Shown: positions 36,101 through 49,096 of the stretch, piece by piece
How positions within the stretch are numbered: the first letter of the stretch is position 1
Layout of the letters: each line of letters starts with the position of its first letter
Assembly: GCF_004010195.1 (NCBI RefSeq)
Contig: NC_057751.1
Span: forward strand, 9,555,611 to 9,615,610
Length of the DNA stretch: 60,000 bases
DNA from: Chiloscyllium plagiosum
Taxonomy: Eukaryota
Direction: 5' to 3'
Notes under the pieces: model-generated
The model's input: the letters and a program-made list of their open reading frames with translations, nothing else
The model's database searches: none
Told to the model about the DNA's origin: nothing
Program-made: the position numbers and the translations under genes

Positions 36101-37857
36101 GAGCTTATAACTCTCAATCCCCCTAACTGAGCCTTCATGCCTCATCCTCACATAAACTTTCTTCTTTCTCCTGACAAGAGCTTCAACATGTCTTTCCCCC
36201 AGTAATACCTCTTTCCCTGCGGTATATACCTAAGTCTGCCCATTGCTCTTGTAAACATAACCAAATTGTGGTCACTATCGCCAAAGTGATCACCTACTTT
36301 CAAATCTAACATCGTTCTGGGTTCATTCCCCAATATGGCATCTCCCCTTGTTGGCCTGTCCACATACTGTGTCAGAAAACCCTCCTGTACACATTGAACA
36401 AAAACTGACCCATCTTAACTGCTTGAACTATAGCATTCCCAGTCAATATTGGGGAAGTTAAAGTCACCCATAACAACTACCCTGTTACTCTCGTTCCTCT
36501 CCAGAATCATCTTTGCTATCCTTTCCTCAACATCACTGGAACAATTCAGTGGTCTAGAGATAACCCCCAACAGGGTGACCTCTCCTTTCCTGTTTCTAAC
36601 CTCAGCCCAAACGACCTCCATGGATGAGTCCTCAAATGTTATCTCAGCTGCTTTAGTACTACCCTTGATTAACATTGCCACCCCCACCCTTTACCATCTT
36701 CTCTGTTCTTACTGAAACATCTAAATCCCGGAATCTGCAATAACCATTCCTGTCCCTCCTCCAGCTATGTCTCTGAAATGGCCACAACATTGAAATCCCA
36801 GGTACCAACCCATGCCGCAAGTTCACCCACCTTATTCCAGATGCTCCTGGCATTGAAGTACACTTATTTCAAACGAACAACCTGATTGCCAGTGCCCTCT
36901 TGAGACCTTGTAAACCTATCTATGACCTCACTTCCCTCAACATCCTGTACACTGGAACTACAATTCAGGTTCCCATTTCCCTGCAGCATTAGTTTAAACC
37001 CAACCAGAAAGCATTAGCAAATATCCCCCCCGCCCAGGATATTGGTACCCCTAAGGTTCAGGTGAAGACCATACTGTTTGTAGAGGTCCCACCTTCCCCA
37101 GAAAGTGCTCCAATTATCCAAGAATCCAAAACCCTCCCTCCTGCACCATCCCTGCAGCCACACGTTCAGCTCTGCTCTCTTCCTGTTCCTCGCTTCACTA
37201 GCACGTGGCATGGGCAACAAATCAGAGATAACTCTGTTCAAGCTCTAAGCTTCCACCCTCGCTCCCTGAGTTTCTGTCTAAGATCCCCACGTTTCTTCCC
37301 ACCTATGCCCAATAGTTTTCTTTCTCACCATAAACCTATGCCCTAAAGTTGTGGACTCCTTACCTGGGGAAAAGACCTTGACTATTCTATGAACAATTGT
37401 TTGTTGACAGTTCATCCTATTCTCTGCGTTCCAATCATGACTTCTTGTTCAGAAAAAAAATTATCTACTCATTCAAAGGATAGATGGATTTTTTTGTGTC
37501 TCAGAGAATCGAGGAATGTGGCCAGTTGGCAAAAGAATGGATTGAAGTCCGAGAATTTTGGAGCACAATCCATAAAGCAACCAGTCCACTCCATCTCCTG
37601 TATTTCATTTTCAGGGGTGTGAAGTATTGAATCAGTGGCAAGGTCTTCTTCATTCGGTATAACAGCCCTATTCAAGTAGTTATGGGAAGTTTGCAGTTGA
37701 GCATGATAAATTTCACTCCTTTCAAACTTCTTATTCAGCCCAGAGGAAAATATTTGTAATCAGATTGGTTGGCAGTTTTCCACTAGCCTTTTGATTTTGT
37801 GCACAAATTTATGCTCAGGCAACATGAGATTTCTTATTTTAATTTCTTTGCTGTTAA

Positions 37858-38145
<288 letters not shown>

Positions 38146-38257
38146 TAAGTTGTTTTAATTTTCACCTGTTATGTACCTGATACTTCATGTTGATTGACTC
38201 CTATTCTTTTATTTATTTGACCCTTGCTCTTTGAGGCCATTCCATACCACATGATTT

Positions 38258-38570
38258 CATAGAATCATAGCATCCCAACAGAGTAGAAGCAGGCCATTTG
38301 GCTTTTGAGTCGGCACCGATGCTCTGAAGAGCATCCCACTGACACCCATGCTCTCCCTGTAACTTCATATCTTCATAAGGTTAATCCACCTGGCCTGCAC
38401 AGCCTTGCACGCTATGGGCAGTTTAGTGTGGCCAGAGTACCTAGCCGGCACATCTGTGGACTATGGGAGGAAACCGGAGCAAACCCATGCGCACACAGTA
38501 GAATGTGCAAATTCCGTGCAGACAATTGCCAGAGTGGTGTGAGGCAGCACTGCTAACCACTGCGCCACTG
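38258..38570 (-). mobile_element. HE1-type SINE (diverged)
   Basis: catagaatc tail, V-domain complement, ctaaccactgcgccac head. Confidence 0.8.
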
Positions 38571-38750
38571 TACTAATTTGCCTGCCCTACTTCCAAATGA
38601 AAGATATATGTGTCATGCACAAGGTGAGCAGTAATTCATCAACAATCTCTGGAGATGCCGAACAAGCAAAATAAATTTATTTCAGGGAAATTTGTATTTG
38701 CATGTGCAGTAGCTTGCAGTTTTCCTGACTGATTGGATTTTTTTTTCTAG

Positions 38751-38943
38751 CCACGTGATATTCTCTGTGGAGCGGCAGATGAGGTCCTCGCTGTGCTGAA
38801 AAATGATAAACTGCGTGACAAAGAGCGACGGAAGGAAATAGAAATGCTCTTGGGACAGTTGGAGGATACCCGTTACCATGTACTGGTAAACCTTGGAAAG
38901 AAAATCAGTGACTACGGAGGAGACAAAGAAGTGCAGAATATGG
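38751..38943 (+). CDS. SNRNP200: Brr2 exon 4 ([13 protein letters not shown]...DKEVQNM)
   Basis: tag/gtatgc, 193 nt, in frame. Confidence 0.96.
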
Positions 38944-39749
38944 GTATGCAGAATAAACAGTTGAAGGCTGAAGTGGGGAAAGAAGGGACTGCATCTTAAT
39001 ATTCTTGTCACATGAGTAGGCCAGTGAAGTGCCAATGAAGTACTGTGTGTTTTATATTACCTTAACTCTACTATTTCCCCTAACCATACTCCAGATAGAT
39101 AAGAATAATTTATCCCTTTCAGTGCATGGAAGAGTGCACGAATTTCAGATTTCTTTCGATACCACAATTTGGACAGAGGTTTGAAAACAGTGAGGCCTCA
39201 GCTAATATATTTGATTTCTTACTCCCTGTTCATGGGAGGAAATTCACTCATGGAGTAGCCTCATCTGTCCACCCTTTTGATTAAATTAGATTCATGTGCT
39301 ATTTAATGTTCAACAGGAACTGTCCCTATGAAATGCGACCTTGACCTTCTTCCCTTGGCTGCTTTTGTGGAGTACTTTCTGTCGTATTGTTTCAAATTGG
39401 AGTCACTGAGCTTTCTGCCTCAGTAGTTCTTCAGATTATTTTGTCTCCGTGTTTGTGAACTGAGCATTAAATTCTTGTGGGTGCACAGTGGAGCTTCCTT
39501 TAATGCTCATGCTGTTTGCTTTTGAGCAACTGCAGCTATATGTTTGAAAATGGCTCTTGTAGCCTAGTTCTTCTAAGTTTGGATCTTCATATCCAAAGAT
39601 TTCACACATGTAACTCATATTTTGCGTTTCTCTGAAACAGCAATGCAAAAAGCAGCATTTTCCAGTGAACCTTATTTGTGCTAAATATCACTTGCTTCAG
39701 TTTTGATGATGAGATTATCAAGATCAAAACTCCAAAGACTGGATCAATT

Positions 39750-40325
39750 CTGAAACAAAAACAGAAATGTAGTTGGAGTACTGTTGGAGAAACTCAGCAG
39801 GTTTGGCAGCATCGGTGGAGGGAGAGAGAAAGCCGAGCACATGTTTTGAGTCCAGGGACCACCCACTTCAGAGCTGTTGAAAGCTTTGAAAAGGTGATAT
39901 GCTGAAGACACGAAGAGGGTGCTGCACACGAGTAAGTGAACAGGTGGAAACAAAGCCCAGAGTGAGAGCAAAACGGGCAGATCAGTGGAGAAAGAAAAGA
40001 TGATAATGGAGACCATAATTTGGTGAAAACAGGTTGCTGTGCTGAAAACAGTCCATGTCAAGAGGATGGGGAGGGGTGGGTTGAGGATGTAGAGAAAGGT
40101 GTTCAGATTGAAAAATGACACAACTTCATGGAGTCCTCAAGGTTGCAGGGTCACTAAACAAAATGAGATGCTGTACTCCTAGTTCTGAAGAAAGATGACC
40201 AGATCCTTGCATTGAGCCTCACTGGAGAACTGCAGCAGGCCTGACACAAATGTTGGCCAGGGAACATGGTGGAATGTTAAAATGGCAAGCAACTGGAAGT
40301 TTGGGGTCCTCAGTTGAGCAAGTAG
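39750..40325 (-). mobile_element. Decayed Penelope-like 3' end
   Basis: Minus-strand GLLQFSSEAQCK..QHLI..TLQP remnant and terminus with a decayed hammerhead-like motif near 39840-39872. Confidence 0.65.
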
Positions 40326-40647
40326 GGACAACTGTTTGTGCAGAGGCTTTTCTCTGCGATCTGGATTTAAACAAAAGAACAATGTTGTACTTTGGAAGAC
40401 TTGTGTCATTGCTTTGATGGTATTGAATTGAGTCTTAATCTGTGTTATCGGACAGCCAAAGCATCAATATAATAATGTTATAAGTGTTTCAACTGGACTC
40501 AAGTCATGTTCTGTTCCATGTTGCTTGTAGACTTGGTCTTGCATGCTTCCATGAAAAACTCCCATTTCCATTTTGCTAAGTTACTTCAGTTTGTGAGGGA
40601 AAACATTTGAACGAGAATAAATTAAGAGCATATCCTCCTCTTTTTAG

Positions 40648-40703
40648 ATGATAACATTGACGAGACATATGGAGTGAATGTACAGTTCGAGTCTGACGAA
40701 GAG
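40648..40703 (+). CDS. SNRNP200: Brr2 exon 5 (DDNIDETYGVNVQFESDEE)
   Basis: tag/gtgagt, 56 nt. Confidence 0.95.
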
Positions 40704-41179
40704 GTGAGTGAAGTAACCTTATAAATCTTTTGAAATTGTTGAAACCCACTAGTCAACTTTGTTATCTGACATAGTAAGAGTTGAAACTTAGTGCTTGTTA
40801 CAGGGAGATAGTTGAACTGTTGTTTGTAGATCAGTAGACTGCATTATAACTGTGTCTGAGTGAGAATTGTTCATGCATTATTACACATGGACATATCTGC
40901 TACATGTGATTGACATGTCACAATAAATAGATGATAAAATGTCACAGCAAATGATAGCAATTTCACCCGCAGAGTTTGCTCCATGCAAGCCTTCAACCAC
41001 CCTCAATCATCAGTTCACAACATTGTCAGCATAAAACGTTTAAATCTATTTAGATGTCATAAATGGGAAATTGGTAATTTCCAAGGGTACCTGTAGATTG
41101 CACCTGAGAGTTTTATTTTCCTTTTTGTATTAAGTTTGTTTTAGTGTGTCTGCTGTTTTATATCCAATTCTTATTGCAG

Positions 41180-41278
41180 GAAGGTGATGAGGATGCATTT
41201 GGTGAAGTACGTGAAGAAGCATCAGATGAGGACACGGAGGGCGAGGAAGCTGACATCAGCTGCACACTTTCAGCAAAT
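41180..41278 (+). CDS. SNRNP200: Brr2 exon 6 ([18 protein letters not shown]...TLSAN)
   Basis: cag/gtaaga, 99 nt. Confidence 0.94.
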
Positions 41279-41762
41279 GTAAGACCTGCTATTAACCTTG
41301 GTTTGTTATGAATATGAAAAGACTTGTCGTAATGAAATCACAATATTTTAAATAAACAAGGAGAGTGAGAGTAGTTTAGTGCCATGCAGTAAACTGTAAT
41401 AAACAGAAGTGGTGTGGATCTCCAATTAAAGTAGACTACCTGAAGTCAAGTTTTGGATGGGTAAAATTAAAATGTTACATCTGTGTTATTAATGGAGTCA
41501 TTCCTCTGTATCTGTAAGGGTTCGGTTCCTGACCCCTGCAAAAGATGAAATTTGCTAGTGCAAAGCTCATTCAGAATTAATTTTAAAAATGGATTTAAAA
41601 TCATCGAAATGTGAGTTTGGCCCACAGACGTTGAATTTTGCTGACACTTATGTTTTTGGCCTGGATAGCCAAATTTGCAGTTTGTGATTTTGCAGATACC
41701 GAGTCTTGTGCAGAATGCTTACTGAGCATTTAAGTGAAATAGTGCTCTTCTTTTATATTTAG

Positions 41763-41915
41763 CTGGGTGCTGCTGGAGATGTACTGAGTGCAAAGAAGAA
41801 AGACCTGCATCCTCGAGATATTGATGCTTTTTGGCTCCAGAGGCAGCTCAGCCGCTTCTACGATGACGCTATTATGTCACAGAAAAAGGCAGATGAAGTC
41901 CTGGATATCCTCAAG
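41763..41915 (+). CDS. SNRNP200: Brr2 exon 7 (LGAAGDV...[16 protein letters not shown]...LDILK)
   Basis: tag/gtgagc, 153 nt; PWI-like domain. Confidence 0.96.
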
Positions 41916-42136
41916 GTGAGCTCCAAGATGATGCAAGGGTTGTCAGAACTGGGCACTGCCTTGTATCTTGAAGTTACCAGATTGTTTGAATCTATTTTGA
42001 CATTGCTTTCCTTAACACTCAATCTTGCATTTTTTTTTAATATCTTCAGTCAAATTTCAGTTGATAATACGCATTTGGAGTTACCTACATTTTATTTATG
42101 TTTCATATTAACCTTTTCACTTTTTTCCCTCATCAG

Positions 42137-42236
42137 ACAGCTGGTGATGACCGTGAATGTGAGAATCAGCTTGTTTTGCTTCTTGGCTTCAACACTTTTG
42201 ACTTCATCAAGATTCTAAGGCAGCATCGCATGATGA
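42137..42236 (+). CDS. SNRNP200: Brr2 exon 8 ([33 protein letters not shown])
   Basis: cag/gtgagt, 100 nt. Confidence 0.95.
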
Positions 42237-42255
42237 GTGAGTATCCTAAGATATG

Positions 42256-42586
42256 ATGTGGACATCAGAGTCTTGGACTGGGGTGGACAAGGTCAGAAGT
42301 CACAAGACGCCAGGTTATAGTCCAACAGGCTTACTTGAAATCACAAGCTTTCAGACCATGAGTCCTTTTGTAAAGTACTCACGCCATCTAACGCTGGTGA
42401 TCACCTCCAGAGACTGGTTATTCAGCCTGTTGGCATTGCACTCTCACTATTTCTATGATCTGTCTGTAAATTCTGTGTTGTGTGCTTCTCCTCACCTCAC
42501 CTGATGAAGGAGCAGCGCTGCGAAAACTTTAGATTTAAAGTAAATCTGTTGGACGATAACTTAGTGTCCTGTGATTTATGACCTTG
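42256..42586. mobile_element. Family B fold-back insertion with TSD
   Basis: tcc(t/g)aagatatg at 42244-42255 and 42587-42598; inverted termini; hammerhead-like motif at 42498-42530. Confidence 0.75.
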
Positions 42587-43338
42587 TCCGAAGATATGTA
42601 TGCCCGTGCGCGGACAATCGCATGTAATACCTATCACTCTTGTTTATATCTGTTGAGGGATCAGCATTGAGGTATTGTGTTGGTCTGCTCATAGTGATTC
42701 CAACTGATATTCAGAAATGGTCAAGGTTTTCACAAGTCTTTTGGACTGATGGGTGATAACGTACATTATTGGCTGCATGTGTCTGATCTGAAATAAGTTC
42801 GGGTTCCACAAAACCCAGTTTTCAGCAGACATCAGCCTCCCAACACAAATGATTCTAATTCAATGCAAGTTTCATTTTCAGTTGGCTGTTTGGGCTCATG
42901 TACTTTGGGATATTTTTCTGAAGATGTGGCTGAGTAGGAAGAGTCCATTAGCATTTAATTATGGCACTCACTGCCCCCATTTAAAGTAAATGCCTCCACC
43001 AAGAGCATCAAATTCTCCGGAAACAAGTGTTCTCTCATTAACCCATACTTAGAACAAATGGTAGCATGGTCGAAAAACTCAAATGTTTTGGTCAGTCAGC
43101 TGTGGATCAGTGTTTGACTGGACTACTTGACTGTGCCACTGGGATGTCCTGAGATTTGTCCTTGAGTGAAACTGTGAGAGATAGATGCATTGTAGAATGG
43201 GCCATGACTTTGAACTTTTGAGTAGAGTTTTCTTGTTAGTCAAAAGTGAGAGTTTTCTGTCTCAGTTGACAAATGATTTGTATGTTTTTAGAATTGCTTT
43301 TATCCCCCATGCTAACTTTTTTTACTTCATCCTGGAAG

Positions 43339-43475
43339 TTTTGTACTGTACACTGTTGGCCAGTGCTCAGAGTGAGGCAGAGAAGGAGAGGATTCAGAAT
43401 AAGATGGAGGCAGATGCAGAGCTTTCCAAAGTTCTCTACAAACTGCAAGAGACTGAAAAAGAGGACATAATTCGG
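43339..43475 (+). CDS. SNRNP200: Brr2 exon 9 ([19 protein letters not shown]...EDIIR)
   Basis: aag/gtaaga, 137 nt, frame restored. Confidence 0.93.
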
Positions 43476-43609
43476 GTAAGATGCAAAATAATCAGAAAAT
43501 AGACCAAGGCTGATCATCAATACTTTGACCAAGTATTGTACATTTATTGTTGTACTTTTATTATATTATACTTTTATTGTACATTTATCAAAAGACATTT
43601 TTCTTTTAG

Positions 43610-43693
43610 GAGGAAAGATCCCGAAGAGAACGAGTTCGTCAATCCCGTGTGGATACAGACCTCGAAGCAATGGACCTTGATCGAGATGGAGAG
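43610..43693 (+). CDS. SNRNP200: Brr2 exon 10 (EERSRRERVRQSRVDTDLEAMDLDRDGE)
   Basis: tag/gtttga, 84 nt. Confidence 0.94.
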
Positions 43694-44847
43694 GTTTGAC
43701 TGAATTCAAATGTAATGTTGAAATCATTTATGGCAGCAGTGGTGTTCTGATAAAGCCAGCAAAACACAAAGCAGAAGGGCAGAGCTGAGTGGTTGGGTAA
43801 CTTGTGATGAGAGATTTGTGGTTGATGAAATTGGTGTGGTTTCAAATGTTTGAATGCATTCTAACAGATGATTGCAAATGGGAAGCATGTTCACCGGACA
43901 CTAATTGTGGGGCATGTTTGGCATGAGATCGTTGATTGGCTGAAGACTGGGAGAGGATGCAAGAAACTGAAACTGGAATTTCTGTTCTTGATTACTGTAC
44001 TTACTCATATTGTCTTGGTCAAGCCCTGCTTTAGATTAGAACCTGCCTGTGAACATCAAGAAGATTCTTAGCACTCGAAACTTAAACAGTGAAAATTTAA
44101 GGAGTTTTTACCTGACATGATCAGATTGAACTGCTCAAAATTATCAAGAAAATTATATTAGACATGATGTTCACAGGTAGGTTTAATCATGAACAGAGAC
44201 AAGCTTAAAAATAACTAAGGAGTTTGCAGTAGTAAGAGAAATTAAAAAGTACCTTTATTTCACAGACTGGCTGATCGTGGTGTAAAAATAAGACCAACAT
44301 TGCTGTTGATTCTGATAGTGTCATGAAGTTCAAGCGGTACCTTACATTCTAGCAAGAGAAAATGAGAAGCAATTCGATGTACGGGAAAAATAAAGCATTA
44401 GTGATATTGAAACCGGAAGGTTCAGTTTGTCACCCAATCAATATGTTAAGCCTTGGGAGACAGCACTGAGATTGACACATCCTTTAGGTTTAGAGCAAGT
44501 GTTTTAATTATTTGCCTTGCGCCTGATATTCTACAATGTAAATGTAACTTTGAAAGATGAATTTTGGTTCATGTGAAGTGTGGATTCAAATTTCAACTTG
44601 GTGTTCTTGGACTTTCTGTGCAATACTTGACAGTGAAATCTCTGAGGAACAACACTGTCAATATGGCATCAGTATGTAACATGAAGTGCATTGCCAGGCT
44701 ATCTGCTGAATTTACAATTGTCGAAATATTCAGTAAAAAAAACCTACGGCAGCAGAACTTGTGAAGGTGTATTGCCATTGTCGTCAATGCTTTCTTCACC
44801 AATTATCATTTTTTGGTTTCTGTTAATTGTACTGTTGATTCTTTTAG

Positions 44848-45021
44848 ATTCTGGCTCCCAGACAGGTTCTGGATTTGGAGGATCTGGCCTTTGCACAGGG
44901 GAGTCATCTAATGGCAAACAAGCGATGTCAGCTACCAGACGGTTCATTCCGCAAGCAACGCAAGGGGTACGAGGAGGTGCATGTGCCAGCTCTTAAACCG
45001 AAGCCATTCAGCTCAGATGAG
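44848..45021 (+). CDS. SNRNP200: Brr2 exon 11 ([13 protein letters not shown]...[20 protein letters not shown])
   Basis: tag/gtgaga, 174 nt. Confidence 0.96.
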
Positions 45022-45474
45022 GTGAGAGATCAGTATACAGTCTTCAATCAATTGCAGAAGCTTTCGTTTGTCAGTATTGATTCACAAATCAGCTGATAAG
45101 TGGCATTGCTGATGATGACAAACATAATCTGACAACTCTGGAGATGTAAATTCTAAACTAAAAATGCAAGACAGGTCAATCAGTATCCAAAACACAGTCC
45201 TGTCTTTTCTGTCAGATGCTGAAAGATTGAGTGACATGAAAACTAAGGTGCAAACAATGTCTCTGCAACAATTGAAGCTCCCATCTGGGTGCAGCACTGT
45301 GTTCTCCAACTGGGAAGAGTTTTCACAATCATGCTGAAATGGATCATGACTGTATTCTGATTCTGTACATTGTCTCTTATCGTATTAAGATCCAATGTTG
45401 AAGAACCAGTGAGACTGGGATATTGTTGTTTCTTTGTTTTTCTGCTCAGTATTCAGGTATTTCTTATCTTGTAG

Positions 45475-45612
45475 CAACTGATATCTGTAGAGAAGATGCC
45501 TAAGTACACGCAAGCAGCATTTGAGGGCTTCAAAACACTGAATCGGATTCAAAGTAAGCTGTGCAAAGCAGCCATGGAAACCGATGAGAATCTGCTATTG
45601 TGTGCTCCCACT
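45475..45612 (+). CDS. SNRNP200: Brr2 exon 12 (QLISVEKMPKY...LNRIQSK...LLLCAPT)
   Basis: tag/gtgagt, 138 nt; Q motif and start of Walker A. Confidence 0.96.
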
Positions 45613-45766
45613 GTGAGTAAACACAAATTTATACTATTTGTATGTGTCACTGTGTACCCCTGTGGAGAGTGTGACAAACACCTTGGAATTTGTCATCAGT
45701 TTATGCACCATGGCTTTGAGCACATTTTCAATTCTGAATCTAAATTATTTTTTCCTACACTTGTAG

Positions 45767-45940
<174 letters not shown>

Positions 45941-46364
45941 TGAATCATGCACCCAGCACAATCTTCAAAAGCAAGAAGAGTAACTTGGTCATGTCAACGT
46001 TAGATGTGTTTTTTTTTTGCATTGCATCAAGTGTGACTTGGTGGAGAAGCTTTATACATATGTTATTGGTCTAGAAATCCAGATGACCTGGACCAGTAAT
46101 CATTTTAACACATGTTTAGGTTTTAACATAACACTGTGAATTTGATTTTGTGAACTGATTGATTTAAATAAACTGATATCAAAAGCCAGCAACAGTAGTG
46201 GAAAGGAAAAAGAAGTCCCTACAAAGAAAAACAACTACTCAGAAGTGACTTGCACTTGTAGTTGGTAGTTGGTGATGACCAATAAATGCAGCCCTTGCTC
46301 GTGACCCATACAGCCCATAAATGAATGAACTGAAATAAATGATTAATTTTCTGATTTCCTGAGG

Positions 46365-46790
46365 ACGTAGAAACAAATAAATTAAGAGCAGGTTTCGACC
46401 ATTTGGCCTCAGAGTCTGCTCCATCATTCAGTCAGATAATGGTTGATCTAATTATGGCATCATCTCCACATTCTGATCTACGCAAGGTAGCATGTCACTC
46501 CTTTGTTGGTCAAGGTTCTTTTTACTTCAGTCTTAAAGATATTCAATGACGACTGCAACAACTCTTTGGGCTAGATAGTTCCAAAGACACTCAAGCATCT
46601 TTGCGAAACTAATTTTCTCCATCTTTGTTTGAAATTGGTAGCCCTTCAGTTTTAAATGGGCGATGCTTCCGTTTTAAAATGTCCCCGACTTCCACTCACT
46701 CCCACAAGAGGAGTTATCCTTTGAGCAGCCGTTCTATCAAGTTGTCTCAGGACCTTGAGATTCAGTTGGAATTGTCATTCTTCGACAGTA
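46365..46790 (-). mobile_element. Old CR1 3' end
   Basis: aattaagagcaggtttcgaccatttggcctcagagtctgctccatcattca tail complement. Confidence 0.6.
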
Positions 46791-48039
46791 TAATGGATGC
46801 ATGCCCAACATGTCCAACATGACTTGATATGAGATGAACACAATCTTCCCCTTTTCCTGCCTACCTCCCCACACAAGTAACCAACCCCAGAAACGAGTGA
46901 GTGAACCTTCTGAGGTTGCCTTTCATGTATTTCTGTGCTTCCACGCGACTTCATCTGTGGTCCCACCAATACGCTTTCTCACCATAGCAAGATGGCCGGA
47001 CTATTCCATTCCTGTTTCGTGTGTGTAACTTAGTACAAACTATCGTTAATTTTGCAATTTAAGAAATCGCAAAGACAATCAGATAGTTAAAGAATTCTTT
47101 AAACTTTATTGTATGTCATAATAAAGTAAAATAAAATAAAACATGTCAAGCCTCAGAACCCAAAATAGCTATTACTGATTAGTGGGAGAACTTAGCTACA
47201 ATTCCAGCCAACAGCACCTGTCCCTGGGCATGTTCATAGTTCGATCGTTGTGCAGTGTGGTTCTGACATTACGAAGGTGGTCCACCTAGTTTCATTTCTT
47301 TGTTGAAACTTTGGAGTAAAACAACTGAATGGCTTGCTCGGCCACTTGCGAGGGTGGTTGAGAGTCAAACAATTGCCATGACTCTGGGGTCATGTGTCAG
47401 TCTGACCAGATGCGGATGGCAGATATCTTCCCTGAAGGATGTTACTGAGCCAGATGGGTTTTTCCACCGATCGGCAGTATTTCGTGGTCATTGGTAGATT
47501 CTTAATTCCTGACTGGATTTGAATCCAGGTTCCCACAAGATGAGCCGAGTTTCTGGTGAAGTAGCTTCGCTATAGGAGCACGAGGCCTTCGCCTCCAAAC
47601 AATATCAAGCAGTCTCCCTCACAAATCTGTACTTGTCTTGATCTGACTTGAATCTATTTGTCGTTTGTCAATGATCCATTAATTCCAAGCCAAAGAGCTA
47701 AGGAACAAAGCGCATGAGCTGACATAAAAGACTGGAAGAAGCTGGAGAGATAAGCAGCATGAAACTGTTGTGACATAGGATTTCCACTTAGTTCACTGGG
47801 CAGAGGTAGCAAGGGACTGGTAGAATAGACACAAGGTTGAAAGTGATGTTTGAGTGGTGTTAGCACAGGTCAAGATGAAAGCAGTGGAGATTTCATCAAG
47901 TTGGATGTCATGTATGAGGCCGGAGAGGAGCACATAAAAGCCAGCTTATCTTGTTTTCATGTTCACCTGGGCTTAGTTGTCACACTTGTGGGCTTAAGTT
48001 CCAATCCCGAGAGATGTCAGCATAGTCTGAGCTGAGCCT

Positions 48040-48410
48040 TCACTGCACCAGTGATTGAGTGCTTCATTGGATGGTCCTCTCGACCTGTGAAGATAGATCT
48101 AAAACAAACCTCCTTATGATTTGAAGAAGAACATTGAAGCCATCCTGGTGTCCGAACCACCACTTATCCCCCAGCTAATACGACCAGTAATAACAGAAAT
48201 TGCTGGAAAAGCTAAGCAGGTCTGGCAGCACCTGTGAAGAGAAATCAGTTAATGTTTCAGATCCAGTGACCCCCTCCTCTGAATCAATACACTGATCACT
48301 GTTTGATTTGCAACCCCTTGGTGTCTGTGGTATGGCTATTGTCCAAGTAACAAAATGCTGAACCATGAAAAGGGCAAGTGCTTTGGGTAACCTGAGAATG
48401 CATGAACCTA
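48040..48410 (+). mobile_element. Possible Deu-domain SINE remnant interrupted by a Penelope-like terminus (48190-48285, minus)
   Basis: tttgaagaagaa...tcctggtgtcc...ttatccccc resembles the DeuSINE core; the insert resembles the other Penelope termini. Confidence 0.4.
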
Positions 48411-48671
48411 CATCACCAGCCCCTGGAGGATTGTGGAATAATCACGGGAAATAGATTTCTCCAGGGATCTGTTTTAGTGGTCATGGTTAAAGACTGCATT
48501 GCTTGGGCCATTTGAAGAATCTCTACGGAAGTATTTCAGTGTCTGTACGTCTCAAGTTTGAATGAGAATAGTCACTTGAGTTGTCCAACTTGAAAAGGCT
48601 GGATTTAATTCTGAATTTAATTAATAACCTTTCTGACTTGATTTCACACTGCTTTGTGTTTCGGCTGACAG

Positions 48672-48842
48672 CGTTTAGCAAGCTATGGGATCAGTGTCGC
48701 AGAGCTGACAGGGGACCATCAACTGTGCAAAGAGGAGATCACTGCAACCCAGGTGATTGTGTGCACCCCAGAGAAGTGGGACATCATTACTCGCAAGGGA
48801 GGAGAGCGTACTTATACTCAAATTGTGCGACTCATGATAATT
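48672..48842 (+). CDS. SNRNP200: Brr2 exon 14 ([15 protein letters not shown]...[12 protein letters not shown]...LMII)
   Basis: cag/gtgagt, 171 nt. Confidence 0.96.
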
Positions 48843-49096
48843 GTGAGTATGCAATATTCTTTGATCTTTCCCAACAGTGGTGTTATACTTCACTTCGTGA
48901 TTGGCATGAAAAGCATCATACAGTGCTGCTCATGGAAAATCCCACTTGAGTGTCACCACATAGCATGTCGCACAGTCACTGGTTTGTGCTACACTTGTCG
49001 AAAGTGGGGTGACGTTGAAGCACATTGGCAGAGTGAAGTCAAAAATATTTTTTATTGCATTTAACTGTCCTCATACTTGACTGGGAATGCTTAATG

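Larger units (their letters stand above)
33968..37310 (-). mobile_element. CR1/HER1-like LINE with ORF1 esterase remnant, APE endonuclease and RT (decayed)
   Basis: WDLYKQYGLHLN (ORF1), VVMGDFNFPNIDW (EN), [47 protein letters not shown]. Confidence 0.95.

Noticed and set aside
42241..42248. GTATCCTA resembling a U12-type 5' splice site
   Set aside because: Using it would break the frame; the GTGAGT donor 4 nt upstream gives the conserved MMILYC peptide, and no TCCTTAAC branch site precedes the acceptor
45108..45225. Possible intronic C/D box snoRNA (ATGATGA...CTGA)
   Set aside because: No terminal stem and no recognisable rRNA or snRNA guide; such boxes occur by chance
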